A DNA stretch of 62,760 nucleotides, counting the filler. It is 12 parts of 12 records of this genome, joined end to end, with 100 filler letters (N's around TTAATTAATTAA, not from the genome) between each part and the next. Parts side by side here need not be neighbours in the genome. Positions count along the whole stretch, not along the records: positions 33,130 to 39,053 come from SRR15195285_7873; positions 39,154 to 43,263 come from SRR15195285_7881; positions 43,364 to 50,775 come from SRR15195285_7887; 9 more parts are not named here. One strand, given 5' to 3'. Position 1 is the stretch's first letter, and every line of letters starts with the position of its first letter. The notes beneath the pieces were generated by a model. That model did no database searches. It was not told the origin of the DNA and saw only the letters and a program-made list of their open reading frames with translations. This document shows positions 35,685 to 46,600 of the stretch, one piece after another. The translations under genes were made by a program, and so were the position numbers.

Positions 35685-38600
35685 TCAGTCCTCGAGGACA
35701 TCTATCGCCTCTTGCTCCTCCTCCAATTTCTGCCTCATTATCTGCCTAGCCAACATCTCCTGCTGCAGCTTACTGGCGAGGCGTGGATAAGAATCGACGG
35801 CCTGCTGCAGTGCCGCTTTGGACAGCGCGAAGAGCTCTGGGTGAGAGCCACTGCTGGCGATCACATCCGCGTTCCGCAGTTCGTTGCTGAGTAATGCCAT
35901 CTCTCCAAACCACGAACCAGGGCCAAGCGTCGCTACGTGATTCCCACGCACCATCACGTCGACCTCGCCCTCCACAAGGAAATACATCTCAGAACCGACC
36001 TCTCCGGTTGTGATAATTGGATCGTCCGGTCCAAACGATCGTGGCTTCAACGCTGCACCTACCACATCCACAAATTTTTCGTCGGCAATTCCGGAGAAAA
36101 GTGGAACTCGTGCGAGCCGCTTTTTTGCAGCGTTCAGGTTCGCGGTACCGGTCGACAAGTAGTGGTTCGAACTAGTAGCCATTGACTTGGCCAGCGCATC
36201 TCCTCTCAACGGCATGGCTCCGTTAATAGAAGGTAGCAGCTCGTTGAGAAACCACTCTTCAATCGCACCAGGACTGTTTAGAGAAATCACAGGAACGACT
36301 TTTCGTCGCACAGCCAACAAGAACTCCACGAACTCACCACGCGTCATCTCAGCTCGTAGATTTGCCTTTTCAACGCCCGGCTGCGTCGACGCGTAGCCAG
36401 TAACCTCCTCCCACAAACCAGCTAGCTGCCGCGGCGGTAATGACGCGGTCAGCAAGCCTGCCTTGTCAAGCATGGTGCAGAGCTGATTGAAGCTCAGAGT
36501 GTTGTCTGTTAGCTTCGGGCGCGCAGCGCAATACTTTTCGTATAATTCATGAGATGAGCCATGCGCTATGAACCCGCGAACGCTACTGCTGGAGACGTCA
36601 TTGCTGAAGAAATAAAAGATCTTATCCAGCTGCGCGCGTGCGCCTCGCACGAGCTCTTCCGTTTCGGGCAGCAAGCTGTCCCACCGGCAATACTTGATGT
36701 TCTCATGTGAGCACGAGAACGGCAGGATGCAGTCAGTGAGCATGCTCTGAAATTGCGTCGCAATAGCATATGCACCAGTGCCCCGCATTCGCTCCAGCCG
36801 ATTGTTCATTACCGCGCGTGTTTGCCCATCAGCAGCCAGCGCAGGCCGCGGCAAGCCATACTTGGTGGCAGACAAGCGCACCAGACATTCCAAAAATCCA
36901 TATATATGCAGCCGGCGTCGCTGGTCATGCACGTTTGCTTCCGATTCGTCAGTTTCGTCACTATTCGGATTTGGTTCGATTCCTGACTCCGACCATAGTT
37001 TGTGAGCGTCGTCACTAGCGATAGCGACGACGTCGTAGACACTGGCCGTCGCTTGGTTCGTCGCTTGTTTCCAGCGCGTCTGCCATCCGACATTCGCACG
37101 TGGCGCGGCAGGAGGAGGCCTGGCAGGCCGCGAGCACAGTGCGAAGAGGCGCCCGCAGTCTGCCATCCGACATTCCGTGCTGAGTACTTTGCAATCAAGC
37201 AGCAGTTGGCGAAACTGCCACAAACTCAATGCCTCGGCTGGTCTGCCGACAAGGAACTCTTCCGCATCATCACCTTCCACATGCCGAACCTTTTCCTTTC
37301 CAAAGATTCTGCCAGTTGCACCAAGCGCGATCTCGTTGGTATCATTGATGCTTGATCGGGAAGGTCGCACCTGTGAAAACTTCTTGTTCTGTGCAGACGA
37401 ACCCAGTTGACAGTAGTAGCGAAAGGTGGAGACTAGCATCGGCACACTCCGGCGCAGCAGGTCTCGGACATCAAGTAGCTGCGCACGTGTCAGCGCAAGC
37501 TCAGCCACACGCTCCACGACCAGGTCATAGTGCCACGGGTCTCTGAGCTTCCGTTGCCCGCCAAACCGATCCGCCTGAACATCCTCTAGCCCCTCTACCT
37601 TCTTCCGGCGAGCCGAGGGCATCCAGAACGGTCGCTCCCGTTGCACATCGCCAATTGACTCACGGTACTCGCCATTGAGCCTCGCGTCAGTGGGACGTCG
37701 AGCAGCCGCCTTACGCAACGAATGCACCGAAGGAACGATCGCACCGGGCTGATCGGATGCACTCCAACCGCCGGCCTGGTTGAGGGTATGCGCTCGCTGT
37801 GTCTTCGCCAGTATCCGGTAAGCTGTACTGTCAGATAGCTGCTCCTCTACCAGCGCTTCTAAGTCTTCAATGGCCTTCCCGTTGCGCCCCAGATTATTTA
37901 GCACGGAGGCCCGCAGCAGCATCATCGTTCTGTATGATGGTGGTCTAGCGCGCGCCATGTCGACAGGGACAGCAGTCTCTGCTGCCAGCGCCTCCTCACC
38001 TGGAACTGCGGCATTTACAGCTGTTGCTTTGAGCTTCCGAGCCACTTGTATCAAGCCCGACGACTCGGATTTTTGCAGTTCAGAGTTCACTTTTGACGTG
38101 CGCACGACCAACGCACGTGGCTCACCCTGCGCGTCATCTACTGTGACTGTCGAAGCTTTCGCACGTTCGGCCGCATCCGCAGAACTAAATACCACCAGTG
38201 CCCACGAGTTTGCACGGCCTGACTTCACACGCACCGCCACAGAGCGAATGGCTCCAAACTGCTCCAGTGTATCAGTCAGCGCCTCCTGGTTAGCGAGCTC
38301 GCTCGGGATGCCGCCCACCCAGCACGTACACTCTGGTGCTAAGTCCTGCCCGCCTCCGACCTGCGCCGCTATTGTCGCCGTAATCTGTTCCAGCGCCTGT
38401 GTCAGCTCCTTGTCGGTGGCTGCTTTGCCGCGACACAGCACTTGCCGAGTCCCCCGAACGTTGCTCCACTGCGCCTCAGAGCTGATATCGCTTTCCCAAT
38501 CCCTCGAATGGAACTGCCGTGGCAGCATGCCTCCAATCCTCTTCACTTTTGGAGACTGCGGTGGTGCTGTCCCACGGTCGGACATCGGAGTGTGCTCACT

Positions 38601-38918
38601 CACAGGTGGCAGCTGCTCCCGACGCTGCTGCTGTGGCGGCGGTGGCGACGGCAGCAGCTGCTGATGCCCGTCGCGAGCCGAGTCGCGGCCCATCGTGAGC
38701 CGCTTGTGCGGCGACGGCGACGCCGCGACGCCCAGCTTCGGGGTCCGCTGCTGCGCCCTGGGCGAGCTGGGCGGCATCGGCTGCGGCGAGAACTCCAGCT
38801 GAACACCGCCGCCGCCGCTTCTAGTCCCCCGGCGGCGGCGGCGGCTCGCCATCCCCTGGTAGCTCGGCCGGATCTCGGCATGGCCCAGCGGGTGCACGGG
38901 CGCCGGCATACGGCCCAC
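35685..38918 (-). CDS. RRM + TPR-like + C-terminal cyclic-nucleotide-binding domain protein
   Basis: RRM: CWVGGIP..LEQFGAI..WALVVF. cNMP: LARVPLFSG..IITTGEVGSEMYFLVEGEVDV..FGEMALL..RNADV. Intronless 1077-aa ORF. Confidence 0.8.
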   Translation of the reverse strand: MGRMPAPVHPLGHAEIRPSYQGMASRRRRRGTRSGGGGVQLEFSPQPMPPSSPRAQQRTPKLGVAASPSPHKRLTMGRDSARDGHQQLLPSPPPPQQQRREQLPPVSEHTPMSDRGTAPPQSPKVKRIGGMLPRQFHSRDWESDISSEAQWSNVRGTRQVLCRGKAATDKELTQALEQITATIAAQVGGGQDLAPECTCWVGGIPSELANQEALTDTLEQFGAIRSVAVRVKSGRANSWALVVFSSADAAERAKASTVTVDDAQGEPRALVVRTSKVNSELQKSESSGLIQVARKLKATAVNAAVPGEEALAAETAVPVDMARARPPSYRTMMLLRASVLNNLGRNGKAIEDLEALVEEQLSDSTAYRILAKTQRAHTLNQAGGWSASDQPGAIVPSVHSLRKAAARRPTDARLNGEYRESIGDVQRERPFWMPSARRKKVEGLEDVQADRFGGQRKLRDPWHYDLVVERVAELALTRAQLLDVRDLLRRSVPMLVSTFRYYCQLGSSAQNKKFSQVRPSRSSINDTNEIALGATGRIFGKEKVRHVEGDDAEEFLVGRPAEALSLWQFRQLLLDCKVLSTECRMADCGRLFALCSRPARPPPAAPRANVGWQTRWKQATNQATASVYDVVAIASDDAHKLWSESGIEPNPNSDETDESEANVHDQRRRLHIYGFLECLVRLSATKYGLPRPALAADGQTRAVMNNRLERMRGTGAYAIATQFQSMLTDCILPFSCSHENIKYCRWDSLLPETEELVRGARAQLDKIFYFFSNDVSSSSVRGFIAHGSSHELYEKYCAARPKLTDNTLSFNQLCTMLDKAGLLTASLPPRQLAGLWEEVTGYASTQPGVEKANLRAEMTRGEFVEFLLAVRRKVVPVISLNSPGAIEEWFLNELLPSINGAMPLRGDALAKSMATSSNHYLSTGTANLNAAKKRLARVPLFSGIADEKFVDVVGAALKPRSFGPDDPIITTGEVGSEMYFLVEGEVDVMVRGNHVATLGPGSWFGEMALLSNELRNADVIASSGSHPELFALSKAALQQAVDSYPRLASKLQQEMLARQIMRQKLEEEQEAIDVLED

Positions 38919-39053
38919 CCCAGTCGAGCTGTCCCGTACTGCGTACGACGTCGAATCAAAGGGTGCAGTTGCACCCTGTCATCCAGCAGTCTCTCCCATA
39001 CAGTACGAGCTCGGGTGGACTGAGAGATTGACTGCAGCGATTCGACGCCACAG

Positions 39054-39153
39054 NNNNNNNNNNNNNNNNNNNNNNNNNNNNNNNNNNNNNNNNNNNNTTA
39101 ATTAATTAANNNNNNNNNNNNNNNNNNNNNNNNNNNNNNNNNNNNNNNNNNNN
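39054..39153. other. Artificial contig spacer
   Basis: N44-TTAATTAATTAA-N44. Confidence 0.99.
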
Positions 39154-39392
39154 GATCTGACGTACCGTAGTTCGAGTACCATACTCGCTCGCGGCGAGCG
39201 ACGGGATACGGAGCGCCGCGCGCGCGGGGTCTCGGAATCGAAGGACCCTCGCGTGCTGGTACGGCGGCACGTAGACAACGAATGTACTCATCTTCGACGG
39301 TCGCCCCTGCACGACACTGCACGCGGCTTCACACCACACTGCGCCACCTGCACTCCAGCGCCCCACTGGAAGATGACACTGCAAACTGCTCG

Positions 39393-41137
39393 ATGCCGGT
39401 GAAAAAAGCTGACGTTGCTTCGGCGACGCGAGCGTCGCCAGTGATCAAGCAAGTCGTCGCGCAGATTCTGCGGTTGCCGGAGGTCGACGGAGCTAAAGGT
39501 GATTCAGGTCAGGACACGCTGGTGGTCCGAGTGACGACGGAGTGTGGCCTGGTCGGCTTCGGTGAAGTCGAAGCACAGCCGGAGATTGCGAAAGCGATCA
39601 TTGATGCTCCTCGGTCTTGGGGCGGCAAGAAGATCGGCGCCTCTGGCCTGCGGGTAGAGCTGCTTGGAGAGAACGCGCTGGATCACGAGCGGCTATGGAA
39701 TAAGATGTACGCCGCGAGCTCATTCTATGGTAGGCATGCTGTGGTCATTCAGGCAATGGCTGGCATCGACATGGCGCTCTGGGATCTGAAGGGAAAATTC
39801 CTCAATCTACCGCTCTATCAACTACTGGGAGGCAAATCGCACGACAAGCTGCGCGCGTACGCCTCCACACTCTTCGCCGACACTCCGAAAGAGACGGCCG
39901 CGCGTGGGGCAGCTCTGGTTGATCAGGGATACACAGCTGTTAAGTTCGGGTGGGGGTGCGTCTAATGATTATTGCAACACACGAAGGCACCAGTTGCAGC
40001 TAGCTGTGTATGCTAGGAATCTGTTCACGTCGCCGACGTACTCCTTGTGTGGACGCTATCACTGCACTGTAGGCCAATGGGGGAGTCCGCTGCGGGAGAC
40101 GAAGCTCTCGTGGCTGCTGCGCGAAACGGTGTGGGACCGGACGTTTCGCTACTGGTCGATGCCGCATGCGTGTGGCCTGATGCTCGCACAGCACTGGCTC
40201 GAGCCAAAGCGTTTGAACCCTACGACTTGTTTCTTTTAGAAGAGCCACTACATCCAGATGACATCGACGGTTACATTTGGTGCGCTTTCCGTTTATGTTT
40301 GTGTATCATCCTGCAAGTGGGCATCGAGATTATGCACACATGTGAAACAAGTCTCGAAATATATCCTGCGGGTCTCCTTCAGGTTGCGGGATCGTTCACC
40401 AGTACCGATCGCAGCTGGAGAGAACGAAAGTGGACGCCTCGAGTTCTCGCCATGGATTGAGCGTAGAGCGCTTGACTACTATCAGGTCGACCTCGGTGTG
40501 AAAATTAGAAAGCGCTAGATCTTGCGCTCGCTTTCTCAACACAGCTTTTCGTGGGCTACCGATGTCTGATTAAGATTCGGAGTCTTGATTACTTGGGGCG
40601 GACGGACGCAGGCAAATGTGGGGTGACTGACTCTGTTGAGATCCGGAAGCGCGTCGAGGACGCTGGTGGTGTGATCATTAACCACTGCTGTGCGTTGGCA
40701 TGCCTAGCGAGATACTCAGTTGATTAACTTGCCCGTGTCCCTGTCAAAGATCTGCGCTCGCAGTGCACTGCACAGTATGGGATAATACTGTCTCGTAATG
40801 GCTACGTTTGCTAACGATACGTGCACTGGATGAGTGGGCGCAGATAAGACGCCAATTTCGATTGCGGCGTGTCTACACTGGCTCTGCACGGCACCATCTG
40901 CAACGATTTTTGAGGACTGTACGACAACCATTGATTCAATTGCACGGAACCTTGAATGTGATTCAAATTGGAGTTTTCGCAGGTGTGGAAGACTCCCCGC
41001 TGCGGAACGACCTGGTCCATCAGCGTGTGCAAGCTGGCCCAGACGGCATGATTGCGCCACCGGAAGGGCCAGGGTTGGGAATCACGATCAACGAGGACGT
41101 GGTTTCTAGTCTACTTGTTGCCGAGTCAGGCTGGTGA
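39393..41137 (+). CDS. Mandelate racemase/muconate lactonizing enzyme family protein (enolase superfamily), about 5 introns
   Basis: VVRVTTECGLVGFGE, AGIDMALWDLKGK..PLYQLLGG, AYAS, AVKFGW, LLVDA, LEEPL, IAAGE, PEGPGLGI; canonical GT-AG introns restore the frame. Confidence 0.9.
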
Positions 41138-41462
41138 TACACGTGGGATCGTACTCATCAGCCAGCCACGGGCACAATGTATTGAGTATGATTGTGCTCG
41201 GATTGCAGAGAAGGGAATTTGATGAAACAGTCCTAAAGAACAACGGCCAGATGCAAACAACCCATGGTAGTTGCGGAACACATTTTCTCTGCCTTTGTGC
41301 TTTTTTTCCCAGCAGGCCCACTTTAGCTGCGAATTTCGAGGTAGATCTTTACAATCATATAGGTGGTCACGACTACACTGGTGTGCAGCAAAGCTCGCAC
41401 CGTTGGCGCTAGCGTGCACAATAATCGTGTTTGTATGATCAACCAACCTCGACACTTAATTT

Positions 41463-43115
41463 TCAGCGAGAAGACAAATCATCGCCCATCTCGGTGATGT
41501 GGTCAAGTTTCGGATCGGTTGGATCTTGGTCTTCGTTGCGGTTTAGGGTCACTCCCACCTTGAAAATCTCCAGTTCGTCGCTGCTGTTGTTGAATACACC
41601 GCGGCCCTCTCCAACACCACAGAACACAACTACGGGTAATCAACGGAAGCGCACAGATTATGTAAGTCAGATATGAGGACGAACATGTGTTTTGCGAAAC
41701 ACATAGCGCAATTACGCCGCATATAGGCGCCTGAATGAACCTACCATCGTATTGTTTCACGGCAAATGTCTCGTCAGCGACAGTCATGCGGCCAGTGCCA
41801 CTCATGACGACGAACACTTCCTCAATGCTCTCCCGCTTAAAGTAACCAAGAGAGGTGTTCTGCAGGATTGCGAATCAATGGTTTGCATCGATGCGCAGGT
41901 AAGAAGGTAGGCGTGGCAAGACTTCAAGTAGTAAGCAAGTGTTCGAATGAACGGACGCATGTAAGGCCGGTGAACACTAGCTCGGATCTGCCTGTAAAAG
42001 GGAAAAATTGCCGACGCACTGGCGGTAGCAACAGATGGTGCAGATGGCTGATATTTGACTTGAAGTCACGCGCCCCCCAGACCTGACGAAACATGATTTC
42101 TCCCTTGCCGCCGTGCGCATTGGCGGAGGGCTCGAGAAGAGTGCGATCAAACCGACCTGTTGCGATGCGCACGTACCACCATGCAAACAGCGTAAACATC
42201 ACCCAGCAATGTTCGCAGAGGCACACGACCACGCACCGATGGGAAGCTGATCTGGCGAGACGAGTGGCACTCCGACACGTGTAGCGCGAGCAGATCCAGT
42301 CTCGCCCAGGTCGGTGGCATCGGCGCTTTGACCGTGGGTAGGTTCGCGCGCGAGAGCTACGTTGAAGTTGAACCACCTTGTCTCTGCCTGCGTATGGTTG
42401 TAGATGCCGTGGCACTCCCGAGCTCTGCAGGGCACAGCGGCGCCGCACTCCACTTGGGTTGTTCGTTCGTTGTGTGTGAACTGACTGGCGTTGTCGATTG
42501 TGACGAAGATTTCCTCGCAGTCGTGGTGAGTGTGCAGCCCAATGCCGCCGCCCGGAGGGATAACAGCGGCATGAACAAACGCGAACGGCGAGCCAGCCGA
42601 AAACGGAGCTGTGTCGGTGGTGCCCTGAAAAATTGAGCAGAACTCGAGTTCTGGGTCACGGGGCCCACCATGGGCGCCGCCTGACCTACCCATAATTGAT
42701 CGGTCTGCGTTTCCCAGCCGCGGCGCGCCGTTGGCGGCGAGTGGGATGTTCGCCGTGGCTCCAGTAGCAGCTGGGGCGCCATTCACCTGCGCGCCGAACA
42801 AAAGGCCGCTTGATCAAGAGTTGACGAGAGACACTCCATAGACTATCGACAGATCGACTGCTAGGGTCGGGGTGACTCAATCCTGTCCAGCCTGCCCCAG
42901 CGCCTGCCCCAGCGCCTGCCAACATCGATGGTGTGTGGAGGTACAGTGCTGGCCAGCCAGCGACTTCGTGCACTAGCCTGAGTGCATGTGTGACGGAGTA
43001 CCTCGTGTATATGTGCATCAGCAGGGCTTGTTGCTGCAGGTGGCTGCAGGTGGCTGCAAAGAGTCTGCATACGCAGCATTCGGTTCGCCGCCGAAGTCAG
43101 GGGCTCCAGCAGCAT
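41463..43115 (-). CDS. Two-domain cupin (bicupin) protein, spliced
   Basis: VIPPGGGIGLHTHHDCEEIF..HGIYN; second half AHGGKGEIMFRQV..IEEVFVVMSGTGRMTV..GVFNN; ends GDDLSSR-TGA. Start exon uncertain. Confidence 0.75.
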
Positions 43116-43168
43116 GTCGATGCGATGGTCGGTCCCTGGCGCGCCGTGGGACGCACCACGCAGCCGCG

Positions 43169-43189
43169 GCGCGCGCGCCGCGCGCGCGC
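43169..43189. promoter_or_regulatory. (CG)n tract upstream of the cupin gene; candidate promoter element
   Basis: Identical 21-mer to 28341-28361, about 55 nt upstream of the putative ATG at 43115. Confidence 0.4.
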
Positions 43190-43263
43190 GGTGCGCGACG
43201 GACGACGCACCCCGTGTACCCAGGTAGTCAGCCTACGTCGCGCCCACTAGCGGTACCACTAAG

Positions 43264-43363
43264 NNNNNNNNNNNNNNNNNNNNNNNNNNNNNNNNNNNNN
43301 NNNNNNNTTAATTAATTAANNNNNNNNNNNNNNNNNNNNNNNNNNNNNNNNNNNNNNNNNNNN
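43264..43363. other. Artificial contig spacer
   Basis: N44-TTAATTAATTAA-N44. Confidence 0.99.
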
Positions 43364-43657
43364 CTCGATTCTGGAGCGCATGGCCACTCGTCCACAACTA
43401 CGTCCAGCGCGGGATCCCTGTGGTGTAGAGAGGAGCTAGGTTGCCGGCAAGCCATAGAATGCAGTTCGAATGGCCTGGCCATCTCGATACAGCTGTAGAG
43501 AGTGCCCACACGTGGACTTGAGGACGCTCGAGTGGAAGTCTTTGAAAACCACTAAATGAACAAACTCTAAATTTTTGTGTAGCTGCGAACACACACAGCA
43601 ATTCATTCTGCCCGTCACGTGACGTGTGTCACACCCCGTCAGATGCGTATAAGAGGC

Positions 43658-46600
43658 CTAATGATTCCGGTGCACCCAGCCTAGAGACACAAACCAAGCG
43701 TTAGTGCGGAAGCAACCGCGCAGAGCAAAACACACGGCACACAGATGCAATGCGACGTACTGTGGGCAGCCCAGTTGAGCTTTGTCGTGAGCGTGTTGAG
43801 GCTCGTTTGAATTAGCTGCTTGAACCTAGCCACGCGATATTGGCAATCAGTCAACGCGACTTTTGCGCGAATGAAAGAGTTCCGGTTTCAGCGTGAGCGG
43901 TGGGGCTTACTGTTCAGCTGCTTGCTTGTCGTCCAGGTCAAGCATGAACCTTTTGCGCACGAAGTCGAGCTCCTGGATTCCCTCGAGCTCGCCAAGCTTA
44001 GCGATTAGCATCACCGACAGAAGATTGATGAACAAGTGAGCGCGTTTCCGCAATGAATTGAAACAGCTGCAGCAGAGGCCGACAAATTTTTGGAAGTTTG
44101 GATTCTTGGCCCCGTCGGTGCCACTGGGGTTTAGAAAATACACCGTGATCGTGTAGCGTACACATAATGAGGAATTCGAAAGCACACACACACGCGCGAA
44201 CGTGAGGTCGCAGTGTGAATTGAACGCTGTGCGCTAACGACGAAGTGACAAGCCAGGCTTACCCCATAATGACGACGAACTCATCCGTTAAAATAAAAGG
44301 GCTCTTGTCACGATTGAGGCCAAAGAACTCCGTCACGTGCCCCAAGAAGTGGCCGAAATCGATGTGGATGAGCTCGCCCGTCTGGGCAAGCATGATGTTA
44401 TCGTTGTGACGATCGGCAATCCCGAGAATGTATGTCGCCACACAGTAGCCCGCACACGATCGCGTAAAGCGATCAACAGCTGCAGCCCATTTCTCATCCG
44501 TATCGTTGTGCTTTTCAAGCCAGTCTTTATACACATCCTGGTCAGTTCACAGTAGCACGGCGGACAGCAACATGGTCGTCAGTGTGTTGTCAACGCCCCA
44601 GGTAGTGGCCAACAGGCAGTCAAATGCGGGAGGAATCGGAATGCAACGACGGACGAACGCGAGTCACACCTTGTCAAATACACCCAGCGCTGACTTCTCA
44701 GCCTCCTTGACGATGCCTGCAAGAGTGTTGCAGTGAGTGACAACCTCGACCACGCCCACCTCGAAGCCCACCGACACACATCCGTAGGTTCCGGTTGTCC
44801 CAGGCCGGAGTGGGATGTCAAGGCCGTCGTCTTCCCATGTGTCCTGCATAATATTGAATAACTGCAGCACCAGTGTGTCCTGTCGCACGTCATCGCCGTC
44901 CTTGAAGATGATATAAACCGGTGCGGCGGTAGGGTCATAGTTGTCAAATACCAGCCACAGTGGCACCTGGTGGCTGCCCATCACTTTGCACGACTCAACC
45001 TTGACCGCCCTGCACCGCAAATTAGGGTTGACAGGCATCCGAATTCCTTCTGGTGGAAACTCGATCTCAGCCATATCGGCATGCAGGACCTCTTTCAGAA
45101 CGTGGATGGAGTAGTCCTCGCCTGCAGCTTTTCGGCGTTGTCGCTCAGACTTGATATGTCTGATCGTGTTGCGCAGCTGACCCATCAGACGCTCCTGGTT
45201 CGCCAACTCTTGCCTGTGCGTGCCACAGTGGTCCATGTACTGGCGCAGGTACAAGCTCAGATGCGTGTACACGGAAGAATTGTACAGCTCCGATCGGATG
45301 GACCAGTACAGAGACTGGCCAATCAGTGTCGGGTTCCGCAGCGCCCGGTACATCAGCAACGCCGCGAGGGGCGAATCAGAAAGGTTTTCCTCGAGTTTCA
45401 TGAGCTGAGATAGCTGCAGCATGTAGCTTTGTATCGCATTATCCTGTCCGTTGCAACCACATGATCACAGCCCAATCGGCAAAAGGCTGGGAGTGCGATC
45501 AGAAGTACGAGGGTTACGCACCGACATCGTTGTAAGGCAATGGACTGCATATTCGCGGACAGTCATAGAGTTTACCATCGCGCGTTTGCTAGCGATACCA
45601 TGCTCTACGCGTGCGACATCTACAGGCGCTTCTCCATCATCATGCAACATCATGGGATTCTTCCGCGTCTCGACACCTGTTAATCGCAGCACAGCAGCTT
45701 TAGAGGAATCACAGCAAGCGGAAAGGCGAAGTGAGCTCACCTCCGGAGTTATCCGTCATCAAACCCTCCCAAAAACGGGGGTCGAGCAGCTGCAAAGCTT
45801 CTTCAGGGCTTGGCTTCGCCCACGTTCGCACGACTTGGTCTAGATTGCGTAAATCGCTAGGGTTGCTCCACGATGGTACCGATTGGACCACCTTCGCAAG
45901 CATCGAGGGGTGAGCGCAAAACTCGCCTCGGTGGTTCCAAACCATGCCCTTCAAATCCCCTTCGACATCAAGGAGCGGATCTCTGCGCAAACGCTCTACT
46001 ATGGCTGCTAGCTCCTCAGTGACCTCATCCTGTGTGTCAGTGTGTGCAGATGATTGATCCACAGCAAGCCGGTGTGACGGCCTGAGCCAGCACAGATCAT
46101 GAAGCCTAAACTTGAGTGCTGGGTCTTCGGTAGGCGCAGGGGCAGCACCTGCGGCAGCTTCACTATAGTCTTGGTCGACTTGCATCGTCAACTCAATTCG
46201 AAGGGTTTGGGGTCCAGTGTGAGTAGACAACGCTAGGTGCACAAAATCGTAGTCTACCAGGATGTCAGTGTGCTGCAAAACTTCGCCCAATGCACGTCGG
46301 TAAACAGCTGTGCTTTCGATTGTAGCACCGTGTTCTGCTTTCCACTCTGCTGGTTTTGATTCCAGCCAGGCTTCAAGAACGTTCTGGACAGTGCTTTCCG
46401 CGTGGCATTCCATGACAAATGGCTCAGCTTCTGGCTCGAGTGCAGTCCCGACAGCCACCTCAAACTGTTGCGCAGCGGCTGCAGAGTCAGCAAGTGCCAC
46501 CTCGCCACCGTTCGCCTTTGCAATGTGCATCAAGAATAGCTTTTCCCACTCTACATACTCTGCCGCACTCTGGGCGCACATGACCAGGTCTCGCGTCCCA

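Noticed and set aside
39956..40983. Introns as possible Introner-like mobile elements
   Set aside because: I saw no shared internal sequence or terminal repeats among introns beyond splice signals.
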